Below, piece after piece: positions 52,426 to 64,000 of a stretch of 64,000 bases of DNA. The number at the start of each line of letters is the position of its first letter. Within the stretch, counting starts at the first letter, position 1. Source of the stretch: Paragordius varius (Eukaryota; Animalia; Nematomorpha). Under the pieces are notes generated by a model, which ran no database searches, was not told where the DNA came from, and saw nothing but the letters and a program-made list of their open reading frames with translations. The stretch covers positions 8,804,001 through 8,868,000 of the forward strand of contig OZ176051.1 of assembly GCA_964247055.1 (NCBI GenBank). The letters are read 5' to 3'. Position numbers and translations under genes: made by a program.

Positions 52426-53970
52426 ATGGAAGAATTTTCTGATAATTTTGATAGTAGCCGAGATATTTTAAGTGATGATGTAGATAGTGACTCCTCATCT
52501 TCGGATTCAGGTATAAAAAAATTTATTTAGATTTTAATATAATAGAAAATTTGGCTTATTCTAAATCATTTGTTTGGATTAATCACTTAAATCCTACTAA
52601 AATCAAGCAATCCAACATAATCCTAATCCCGGGCCCAAATCAATTATCCATGACCCCCTTACGATATTCAATTCTATCATAACTAATGACATTAAAAATT
52701 TAATCATAAACTATACCAATGAATACGCCAAATCGGACACGTGGAATTATTTGAATATGGAGGAATTTGATGCCTTTTTAGGTATATTATCTATATAAAT
52801 ATTTAGGTATCTTGATTGCTATGGGCGTCCGCAAATCATACATGGTCCCTTTGAGAGAATTGTTTTACGATCAAAGATCTGATCCATTTAATGGGGCAAC
52901 CATGACCTACACCAGATTTTTTAATATATTTAAACATCTCCGTTTTGATAATAAAGAAACAAGAGACACTAGAATCTTGTCAAAGGTGCAGCGATATCTG
53001 AAATATGGAACCTTTTTATACTTCAAGAAATTTATATGATCCTGGTTATTACCTAACAATCGATGAACAATTGCTTGGTCTTAAGGGTATATATTTTTTA
53101 TTTATTATAGGGAATCGCTCCTTTAGAATTTATCCAAATAAACCCGATAAGTATGGTTTGAAATTGTTTTATTGTGCGACTCCGAAAATGGTTATTGTTA
53201 TAATGGCGTTTTATACACCGGTAAATCGACGGATGGATCCGTTTGTAAAAACTTAGCAAAAAATGTTGCTATACAGTTAACGAAACCCCTTCACAGTGGT
53301 TACAACATAACTACTGATAATTACTTCACTTCGATACCACTAGCACAGGAATTATTGAATAAACAGTTGACGTTAGTGGGTATAATTTTTTGTCTAATAA
53401 TGAAAAATATTTATAATCTCTAATTAGGCACATTGAGATCAAACAAGCCAGAAATACCCTGTGATTTTGATTTAAAAAAAGCGATCTTTATGCCTCAGTT
53501 CATGGATTTCATGAAGATCTAACTCTAGTAGCCTATAAGGCGACCAAAGAAAACCGTTTACATGTTAGGTAGTATGCATCACGAGGCAGTTAGCGATGGC
53601 CACTACGCCTGTTTTTCAATATTATTGACATTGCAGGCGTAAATGCCCACATTTTATTCACAATTATAATCGGACGAATAAATTATCTCGACGATTATTT
53701 TTGGACGAAATTCAGTAAAAAACTTGCCTCGGGTCTGCAAGAAAAACAAAAAATGTTAACAAAATCATTTTTTTCGGCTTTAGAAAAGATGGGAATTTTA
53801 GAACAGAATAATATTAATGTGCCAAAAAGGTATACATACTTATATGTCATACAAGGTGCTATTTGTGTCCAAGATCTGTGGACAAAAAATCCGTGATATT
53901 TTGCCAAGTATGCCAAAATGCGGTGTGCAAAAACCACAGAAAAACAATAATTTATTGCAATAATTGCTGA
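52426..53970 (+). pseudogene. piggyBac transposase pseudogene with five micro-introns (copy B)
   Basis: Motifs IPGP, EEFDAFLG|ILIAMG, RFFNIFKHLRFD, YLTIDEQLLGLKG|NRSF, NKPDKYGLK, ITTDNYFTS, LVG|TLRSNKPEIP, FFNIIDIAGVNA, and Cys-rich tail PKR|CYLCP..CQVCQNAVCKNH..CNNC*. It has several frameshifts and appears to lack the YN..GVD third-Asp region. Confidence 0.9.
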
Positions 53971-55213
53971 ATTTTTATATTGTATATTATATAAAACGTT
54001 AATAAATGAGTATTCAAATAACTTTTATTATCATTTTTTTCTGAACTTGAGCACATAGTCAACATTCATGACTTAAAATATGTTTATTGAAAAGGTTGTT
54101 TCAAAAGGAAAGTCTCTTGTATTTGTTTTCTCCATAATTCTTTTATGAGATAAGTTTACTAATGTTGAGCTAGCTGTTGAATTGTTTGCATAAACTATGA
54201 AAATAATTTAAATAAAATGTGTGGAGATTAAATTTCATAAACATATATAACTGATCCAGTTAATCGGAATCGGTTGTGATTATCCATCGTATAATCTTCA
54301 ATACTCACCAACTAGCCGAATATATATTTTACCGATGACAATATAATGCCCATAAATATTACATAATTTGAATAACATAGCAATTTTCACCAATTTTGAT
54401 TAATCTGATTATCAAAATATTAGCAAAACCACATAAATTTTATGGAAAGGTTTAGAATTAAGAAAGATTGCATTATTTTTTAAACAAACACAAAAATAAT
54501 ATAATAATTTATAGCATTGAAATAAGATGCCCGGGCTGGGGTTTGAGTTTAACTGACCTGAATAATAAACATACTTCTAAAAAATAAAATGCTTAATTTA
54601 TTTGATGATCAATAAAAAAGATACATAATTAGATATAAAGCATTAAATAAAACATTATTCTGTAATTCTGGGAGATCATAATTTATATAAATTTTGATGA
54701 CCTGTTGACAAAACCATCTTGGTGTATATGATTCTGTTTCTTTCATGATATTAATTCTATTTTTTAGTAAACCTAAATGTAAAATTTACTTCAGAAAGTA
54801 GGTGGAATGTTTTCAGCTTAAGCACATCTCTTTACAAAATTTATAAGACTAATTTTATAGTTGCGTCTCGGAATTCAATAACTGTCCAATATTTTAAATA
54901 AGGTTATTCAAGTATATGTCTTTATAAGCCTATAAATTGCAAAAACTTACTTTTAAAGATATTTTCTCTCTGTTATGGCGATGCTAAACATAAATAATAG
55001 ATATTTGTAAATCGATTGTCTGAAGCATGTTGTGACTTGAATTAAAATGTAAATATCCTGTTGTATTTAGTTGATTAGGCATTAATAAATATAAAATAAG
55101 CGATAGAACTTAAAAACAATAGGTGTTTAGTAAATTATTTGCTTTAAAAAGGCCTGGGGTATCCAACTACCCCAATTTATATCGAAGGACTAAAGTGAAT
55201 GTGATGAATCCAA

Positions 55214-56242
55214 GGGTCGGGTGATAAAATTTTTTTGACTTGACTTGCAAGTTTTTCAAGTCATGGCTTGCTTTCATGTGATAAAAAAAATTTAACATTA
55301 CACGACTTAAGTCAAGCAAGAAAACTTGATAAGGAGAAAAAATCATATGTTAAAGTAAAACTTAAAGATTTTGCAAGTGTGGTGTAGGGCACACTTGACA
55401 GATTTAAAAATATGGATAAAATTATTTTGGAAACTATTTATATAAAAAATTTAGGTTTTATATGTAATTCAAACCTTTGTTAATGCTATAAATTGTTAAT
55501 TTGATAATTTTTGGCTAATTAATCTATTCATTGGGTGGATACAAAAGAGGATAAATTTATAGAAAAACTCTGTTAATATTAAATAACATGGCACATAAAA
55601 ATATGCTAAATATATCAATTCCGTGACCGCAACAAAATTGGATTCTCGAAAATTTCTTAAAATTAATAATTAAATATTAATCTTGTAAAATTTCAAATCT
55701 TCGTTTACTAAAAGCAAAACTTATTTATCCAATGTAAAGAATTTATTTCATCATAAATTTATTTCGAATGTAATGTTTATAATCAATTAAAAAGAAATTA
55801 TGTTATATTGTATAAACATCTTCCCATTATATTTGCAACTAGACTCCAAACAAAATAAGTAGTGTGGTATAATAATGGAAAGTGTTTTAAGGGCGAATGG
55901 CTTCATCAATCTAAAATTATTACCAGCTCACAATTTAGAAAACTCTATAATATTATATAAGATACGTGCCAGTGAGTTTGAAAAACTTCAAAAGATGCAT
56001 ATTGTATTTTTTGTTTATTTTTTTGTGCCTTATTTCATAAATTTTAGCTGAAAATGATCAAAAAAATTTCCATAAAATTCGAATTGGGTGGCAAAAAACT
56101 GTTACATTCATAAGCAAAAGACTTGACTTAAGTGTTTTTTTTATCACCGATCTTCAAGTGTACACTTGCTGGCTTAAGTAATCTTGCTAAACTTGCCACG
56201 CTTGGCTTACAAGTCAAGTGCGACTTTTTTATCACCCCACCC
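55214..56242. mobile_element. Non-autonomous TIR element with a 3-bp TSD (PIF/Harbinger-like)
   Basis: TIRs GGGTCGGGTGATAAAA / TTTTATCACCCCACCC; TSD CAA (55211-55213 and 56243-56245); subterminal GACTTG/CAAGTC repeats. Superfamily is inferred only from the GGG terminus and the 3-bp TSD. Confidence 0.7.
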
Positions 56243-56834
56243 CAAGTGTCTTAGACTCAAGTACAGCTCCAAAACACGATTGAAACGATCAGATTTATTA
56301 AAATCAAAATATAACAAGTTTTGTTGATATGTAGCCAAAAAGTATTTAAAACTTACATTTTTTAACTATAACACTGGACAACAAATTTTTCTGCCACTCG
56401 AGTTTTTTACATTTTCTGATATTTAGTTTCATTTTAACAGTAAATCTGAAATAAAAATTATAACTCGATCGAAGAATTTTGTATAATATAATTTTTGTAA
56501 TTATGCGCCCTCTTTATCAAAATTTTACTAAAAAATGTTTTCCTTTGAAAATATACAAGTAATGCCCATTTGTAATATATCATTTGAAAGAATAATAAAA
56601 CTCTATAAAATGCCTACTAATATGTTTTACATCGACAGTTAATTTACCATATTTAAATTAATATCGTTAAAAAACTACTGAGAGAAACGACTACTATTTT
56701 AATGTCTGTTTCTTAATGTAGATTATATAAATAAGACGAAATATCTAAATAAGATTTGTTTTAAAAAACTCCATATCACACTGCTTCTACGCCATTTTTA
56801 GTTTTTTATTTACAATATTTTGTAAATATTTTAA

Positions 56835-57327
56835 CACCTGGATACATCATAATCATTTCAGTCCTTCGATTCTTATTAAGGTCGTTGGATACCCCGGGCC
56901 TGTTTAAAATTAAATAATTTAAAAAAATATGAAATGAATAAACATGGCAAATGTTTGGACATATATAACCATAATAAACCGAAAAATAAAAAAATCATTC
57001 AAAAATACTTGATATAACTTATAAGGTAAATTTAGTCAACATGTCATGTGCGCAATAGTATAATTTAAAAATATATAAAAACCGTTTTTTTTATTTTTAT
57101 CGATTGCGGATGAGATTTAAAATTAATTAGATTTATTTTTAGATTGTGCAAAGTCAATAAAAATGGTGACGAAGTAGTATGATATGGAACTTTTTTTTCA
57201 AAACAAAATTTTATTGGCTCATTTATATTTTTATCAGGATAAAAGCATTAATTTATATTGGGACCGTTTCTTTCAGTAGTTTCCTTAAGCATAGTCTGGG
57301 ATATCTAGATACCGCAATTTGAATCGA
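56835..57327. mobile_element. piggyBac-family MITE, nested copy
   Basis: TTAA|CACCTGGATAC ... GTCTGGGATATCTAGATACCGCAATTTGAATCGAA. Confidence 0.7.
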
Positions 57328-57458
57328 ATTATTTTTAAAAATTAAAGTTTATTGTTTATTTAAATCACATACATTGATAGAGAATAAGTGGTATATTGTA
57401 TATTATTTTTAAATTTCGCTAATGCACATATGTCATACTAAATTTTAAGCTCAAGTAA

Positions 57459-60284
57459 TCTATATATTTTTAAAAATAGAAAGTGGTGGCTTTGTGATCT
57501 GTTTCCGGAAAACCGTAGACCCATTCAAGTCCAAATTACGAAATATAATCATTAATGAATGCCCCGACAATAGCTTCTCCGTTTTTTTTGAATTAAGCCC
57601 CCTTCGGGCATACCCCGTGTAAAAAACGGTTTTTTTGCAAAAAGTCCACAAAAAAACGTGTCTTTGAGACAATTTTCCCGTGTTGGACCATTCGATTTCA
57701 AATGATTTTTTTTTATTTATTTCGATTGCGCCAACCATAGTCGTCTCGCTTTTTTAATTCCTCTTTTTACCCGCTCCCCCCGTAAAATGCCATTTTTTCA
57801 AAAAAAGTCCACAAAAATAATTTTTTGAATCAATTTTTCGCCCAAAGTATGAGACCGTAAAATAAGGATACCAAGTATTTCCTCTTAGAAGGCAAAAATT
57901 TTAGTTAAGCGTTTCTTTAATGATAGGTGCTGGGTAAGGAGATACCCGCTAAAAACTGACCCCTCACATAGAAATAGCGTGTCTTTGGGGCTAAATTTCA
58001 AACAACCTCTCAGGCCATAGGAGTAATAACTGCTTAAATATTACCCGTAACAAGGTGAATATTTAAACGGTTTTTTAATATTAGCCGTTAATTAGGCCCT
58101 TCACGCCCTGAAAAATGCGCCACAATAAAATGATTTTTTAATTTTGAGGCAATTTTTCCAAAAACCAATAAGAGCATATGGAATCAATTATGATTCCAGG
58201 CATTCGTAAAAAGGCAAAAATATTAATCAAGCGCTTTTTTGTATCAGCCTCTGGGTAGGGAGCTACTCGCCTAAAACTGCGCCACCATATCTAAATTGCT
58301 TTGTTTATCAGGCCATAACAATCATCACAAATAACACTGTAGTATCCTGCTTTTTCAATCTCGTATATTGTTTTGAGGAATAGACAGTTATAATCAGACC
58401 ATTAATATCATATAAGAGTCACGTAGATTAGCAATAGCGAAAAAGGAAATTGTTTCATGATTTAAAAATTATACGCTTTTCGATCTTTTTGAGATTTATG
58501 TATAATTATCAATCAGTCTTTATTGATCTTAAACATAAAATCGTATTAGTTTATTGTTTTATTATTTATTTATTTATCATATGTATAGGATATTAAAAAA
58601 TATATGGATAAAAAACATTATTTATGGTCATCTATATATTTATAAATGGAAGGTGGTGGCTTTGTGATCTGTTTCCGGAAAACCGGCCATTCAAATCCAA
58701 ATATCGAAAAAATATAAACATTAAATTAGACCCCCAGTTCGGGCCCACCCCGTGTAAAAACGGTTTTTTTTAAAAACAGAAGTCCACAAAAATCGTGTCT
58801 TTGAGACAATTTTCCGGAGAACTTGTTGAATCATTCAATTTCTAATATGATTTTTTTACTTATTTTCGATTGCGCCGAACATAGTCGGCTCGCTTTTTTA
58901 AATTGGGCCCTCTTTTTACCCGCTCCCCCCGTAAAATTACATTTTTTTCAAAAAAATTGTCCACAAAAATAATTTTTTGAATCTATTTTTCACCCAAGGT
59001 ATGAGACAGTAAAAATTCAATAAGGACTCCAGGTTTTCCCTGTTAAAAGGCAAAAACTTTAGTCGTGTGTTTCTTTTATATTTCTGGCCGGGTAAGCAGC
59101 CGCTAAAGACTGATCCGTCATATCGAAATAGTGTGCCTTTTGAGCTAAATTTCAGAAACTATCAGGCCATATGAGTTCAATCTGCGCTTTTAAATATTAC
59201 CCGTAAAAAGTCAAAAATAATTAAGCGGATTTTTTTATAAATTAGCGGTTAAATAGGCTTTCAAACGTCTTTTCTATATTAACCTCTGAGTAGAGAGCTA
59301 CCAGCCTAAACTGCGCCACCATATCCAAATTGCGTTGTTTAGGAGTTAATTTTAAAAAATCAGGCCATATAAGTTTTATAAGGGCCTGAAATATAACCCG
59401 TAAAAGGAAAAAAATTAAGTCGAGCGTTTTTTTTAAATTAGCGGTTAAGGCCCTTTACGCCCTGAAAAATGCGCTATCATTGAACTATTATTTAGTTTTA
59501 AAGCAATATCTCCAAGAAGTTATCGAAACATATGGATGAGTGATGATTTTAGGTACTTTCTATATAAAGACAAAAATTTTGCCCGACGCTTGTTTATACC
59601 TGCCTCTGGGTAAGAAGCTACATGCCAGAAACTGCGCCACTATATAGGAATTGCCTTGTTTTGGAACTAATTTTCAGTAAACTTATGCCATATGAGCTCA
59701 TTTAAAGTTCGAAACATTACACGTAACTTGGTAAAAATTAAGGCCAGGCCTTTTTTAGGACGTTTATGCCCTAAAAATACGCCATCCTATAATGATTATT
59801 AAGTGTTGAGGTATTTTTTTGAATATCCCATAAGACGATGGTCTCAAAGATGATTCCAAATATTTTCCCTATAAAGGCAAAAAATTTAACTTAGCGCTTT
59901 TTCCATATAGGCCTATGAGTAGGGGTCTACCGGTTAATTGAGACGCCATACAAAAATGGCGTGGGAGCTAATTTTCAAAAAGCTTAAGAAGCCATACAAG
60001 TTCAATAAAGGCTAAAAATATTACCCATAAAAAGTTAAAAATTATTGTAAGGCAGCTTTTTCCGTTACTTGGGGCCTTTACACCAGTAATCAATATATTA
60101 GTATGAATGCACAGTTTTGAAACTTAAATGAAGCACCGTTTTGAAAATTTTATAAGATCATAGGTATTAAATAATGTTTTGAAATATGCACATATATGGA
60201 TCTTATTGATCTCTTTTTTCAAATAGCCCCCCAGAAGTCCGAAGGACTTTCTCAGAATGCGTAGCAGCACGAGATTTACGCTAG
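57459..60284 (+). mobile_element. Composite non-autonomous Helitron (5' ends at 57459 and 58631)
   Basis: A|TCTATATATTT starts, ~160-bp satellite, and 3' end GCGTAGCAGCACGAGATTTACG-CTAG|T, the same as at 8225. Confidence 0.78.
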
Positions 60285-60644
60285 TATCAAATATTTTTGA
60301 ATGAATTTTAGATATCCGTTCATTAATGTTATGTAAGTGCAAACTTTTACCATGGATTTATTCCATATTTTTTGATAATATAATTTTAAATAGATGATAT
60401 CCAACGACCATAATTTAGGACTGAAATGAATGTGTTGTCGTGTTAAGGAAAAATTATCGTTCATGGAAATTTTATAGACAAAGACCGTGAGGAAAACGAT
60501 TTATATCTATTGTAGAAAATACATGTTTAGAATAATTATTAGATATATAGTTTACAAATATTTTAGAGTCCCATTTTTGAACAATATATCTATTGGCCAT
60601 TAATTAATTTTTTCGAAGCCTGATGTTTATAGCTTAAAATGCGG

Positions 60645-60676
60645 CCCGCACATCCATTTATGTTGGACACCCCTAT
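60645..60676. mobile_element. Isolated hAT terminus
   Basis: TGCGGCCCGC...GTTGGACACCCCT; the partner end was not found. Confidence 0.4.
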
Positions 60677-63453
60677 TCTAGAAAAAATTAAGATAGCTTA
60701 TTTTGTAACCAATAACTAAATAGTAACTGATAAAATGTTTAAAAAACTTTTAGTTTTTATTTACATGTTTTGACCATAACACAGTGTCCACAAACTAAAA
60801 CCAAGATTTAATATGTATATTCTGATTGGAATATGTACCAGGATTATCATGGTGCTTTCTTACGGAAGATTGTTATTTAAACTTTTGTTAAGTGCTCCAT
60901 AGAAGTGGCTTATGTAAATCTAGCTGAATAAAAGGTAGCTCTACCTTGAATCAGATCCATAAACACCAAAATGAAAAAGAAGTCGATGCTCTAAGATGAA
61001 GAGCTGTAATCTGAATCTGTAATGCACGACGCTATTACAAGATTAATTTAAATTGCATTAATGAAACGACCGATACCGGCACTAAAAAACATGGAAAGTG
61101 ATTTTACATACGATACTCCGTCTTACACAGCAAAATCAGTAAAAGGCATAAAATCGCTTCGGTAAAATTTTTTCCCGTATCGCTGCGCTTTACTGCAGGA
61201 TCATCTTCTATTATGTCTATGCAATGGGGCATATGCCCGAGCAGAACCTCAATAATTTTGAAGACTTTGAAGCTTAACAAATGGTTTTTAATGGGCGAGT
61301 AGAAGCCTGACAATTTTTATAAAGCATTTATTAGTTTCTACAAGCTGTTTTACCAAAAAAATGGTCTTATTACCACATCTAGTATAACACTAGACAACAA
61401 ATTTTGATTTTTTTAGTGCAATTCTTCTAAATTTATATTCATTTCATTTAAATACATAAATAGTATATCTAGAAAAAATTGGTCTAACCTAAGAACTTTT
61501 TTTATTAGGCTTAATAATTTTGGCCTTAAATTATCATTAAACTCGAAATTTTTAATATTAAAAGTTTTAGATCTAAAGCATGTATTTTATATCATTCAAA
61601 AGAGCGCAGAAGACTGAATCTTTCGAATGGAAGTTGTCATTTAAAACAATCTCTAAAAGTTATTTGGCTTTATATCAGTATAATCAACCCTAAATTAGTC
61701 AATTTTCTTAGACAAACTAATTTAAAAATCATATAAATTATTTAATATAATTATTACGGTTACATTATTATAAATTTAAAAAATCTTTAAAAAGCTTTTG
61801 GTTTCTTTTTTAAAATAACTTTTTACCTTGTGGATTAAGAATGCATAGTTATAACAATTTATATAATGGCTATAAAAGATCAATTATACCTTAACCAATA
61901 TTATAATCATTAAAATTTTGAAATTATAAGCCTTCTAAACAAATTATTTAATATTAATATGATGGTATTTTTTTGAAAAGGAAAAATTAAAAATGGCTGT
62001 TTTGAATGACATTATAGCAATAATTAATTTTTTGTTTTATCTTTTTTAGACATTCACTGCCATCTTAACAAAATTTTAGTTTTCATTAATTGGTTTAAAA
62101 AATACATCAATTAAGAAAAAGGCTCTCGCTTCGCGGGTTTGTCGCTTCCTATGTCCAATATTAACCATCTGTGTAAAACATATTAGTAGGCATTTTATAA
62201 TTTTTTATTACTCTTTCGAATATTATATAACAAATGGTCATTTTTTGTATATTTTTATTTCATATTTATTGTTAAAATGATATAAAAATCATAGTGGCAG
62301 AAATTTTTTTGTCTTTATCATTATTTATTAAATTCTTTTTTTGTAATAAGTCAAGATTGATGAAATTAACATAAATATAGTACTTTTAATTATTATATGA
62401 TTAGCATTTATTTAATTCTTGTAGATGTTTAAAATGGAAAATATATGGCAAACTTGACTTTACAGAGATTCGCGTGGAATAAGGTACTGTTTTTGATAGG
62501 TTAAAAAAATATACCGGTCTGAATCCATTTATATTCAGTCATTAGCGGACACGTATAAATGATGGCCAAAATTAAACTTATTTAACAAAAATGGTAACCC
62601 AATAGCTCATTTGAGTGATTTAAAATCAAATAATTGGAAAATTTATTATATTTTCTTACAATTTTTTATCCTTATAAGTTTTATATAATTATTTTAATTA
62701 TTTTACATCGCATGCATACATATTTTTTAAAGATTGTCCTTTTACATGCAAGTATTTAAAGCAAGCCAAATCTACTAGCCAAGTCTCATGCCTTTATTAT
62801 AACTAAAATTATACTTAAATATAAATAACCATTTTTTGTTTAATATTCAATTATCATTGAATGACATTTATATTATTTGATAATGATATATTTTACGCAT
62901 TACCTTCGTTATTTTAAATCCGAATCGTTGAGTTTTGCGCCAAAAAATTAGATAAAATATTGGCAAAAACAGCATTTTCGTTAATTTTTTCAGTATGACT
63001 CACTGAATTTTCTTAATAATTTTGCAAAAAAATATTGATTTTAATTACGATATGTTCTCATTCCAAATAAAATACTAAATTAAACGATAATGTGATTAAC
63101 TTTTATTGCAAAAAAGGTTATAATCATGAATGAGTAAAAGTATAAAAGGGCAAACATTTATCTATGTTGATTTTATATAAAATATATCTTTATTATGCAA
63201 TTGATAGATATTCCTAAACTTCTAGCGGTAATACTTTTTATATAGTGAACTTTTTAGACAATTCATGTTTCCTTTAATCATTCATTCTTTTCGACACGAT
63301 GTGTTGATGAGTTTTTAACCACGATTGGGCTTTTTTATGACAGCACACATGGTTAAAATTAATTAATATTCTTTTTTAAATATTACTATAGGATGAGTAT
63401 AAATACATTGCTAGTTTTGCTTAAAATATATCCAGATAGTAATTTACAATTAA

Positions 63454-63969
63454 CACTTGGATACAACACATTCATTTTAGTCCTTCGATTCAAATTGGAG
63501 TAGTTGGACACCACAGGCCTGTTTAAATCTAAATATTTTTAAAAATATGGAAAAAAACGAAACCATGGCAAAATTTTGCACTTATTTAACATTTATAAAC
63601 CGGAAAATATAAAAAAATTTATTCAAAAATACTTGATATTACTTATTTTAGGGTAAAACCCAAAGGTAAAATTTTTATCCACGTGACATGTGTGCATTGG
63701 CTTAATTGAAAAATACTACAAAATAATACACTTTTTCTATTTCTATCAATGCTATATGTGATTAAAATAAATAATTTGCTTAAATTATACCTTTAAAAAT
63801 AAATATAAAACTTTTTTTTCAAAACGAAGTTTAATTTAGATTTTAGCTTATTTATATAAATAGGACAGAAGCATATTTAAATTGGCACCGTTTCCTTCTG
63901 TAGTTTTTTAAAAATATTTAATTAAATTTAGTCTGGGGTATATTATATACCCCAATTTAAATCTAAATG
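63454..63969. mobile_element. piggyBac-family MITE
   Basis: TTAA|CACTTGGATACAACACATTC ... GTCTGGGGTATATTATATACCCCAATTTAAATCTAAATG|TTAA. Confidence 0.8.
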
Positions 63970-64000
63970 TTAAGGGCAGTGACATTATTATAGAAAAAAA

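Larger units (their letters stand above)
52116..56249 (+). mobile_element. piggyBac element copy B (inverted relative to copy A; distal terminus split by a 1.03-kb insertion)
   Basis: TTAA|CACTTCGATTCAAATTGGGG at 52116; near-identical reverse complement of 44105-47172. The terminal ...GAATCCAA|insert|GTG resumes at 56246. Confidence 0.9.
56640..60442. mobile_element. Degenerate piggyBac MITE split by a nested MITE (56835-57327) and a Helitron (57459-60284)
   Basis: Joining 57458 to 60285 restores GCTCAAGTAA|TATCAAATATTTTTGAAT, matching the MITE interior at ~50905. Terminus GTG|TTAA at 60442. Confidence 0.62.

Noticed and set aside
62430-62650. Protein-like frame broken by TAA/TAG, suggesting a ciliate-type genetic code
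   Set aside because: Dlg and TBCB end in TAA and use CAA/CAG for Gln, so the standard code applies. This is at most a decayed fragment.

Overview
Very AT-rich animal genomic DNA with spliceosomal introns; it is not prokaryotic. Four host genes can be rebuilt by hand: (1) a highly diverged, apparently catalytically dead ornithine-decarboxylase/antizyme-inhibitor-like gene (8-2311, +); (2) a complete Discs large gene (L27-PDZ3-SH3-GK, 14095-37327, +); (3) a CRTAP/SC65-type leprecan gene without a hydroxylase domain (37833-42543, -); and (4) tubulin cofactor B (42608-43404, -), whose five introns are only 22-24 nt and whose stop codon lies 64 bp upstream of the CRTAP-like ATG. The rest is mostly nested DNA transposons: non-autonomous Helitrons carrying a ~160-bp satellite, hAT elements, TA-flanked foldback MITEs with 21-bp repeats, a PIF/Harbinger-like insertion, Penelope and RTE fragments, and many TTAA-flanked piggyBac MITEs. 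There are also two near-identical, inverted piggyBac elements. Their transposase is interrupted by five tiny GTATA...AG introns at conserved codons, and their swapped flanks suggest the spacer between them has been inverted. Family assignments come from recalled motif alignments, not database searches. The species is not identifiable from this window; micro-introns of this size are known from reduced lineages such as dicyemids.
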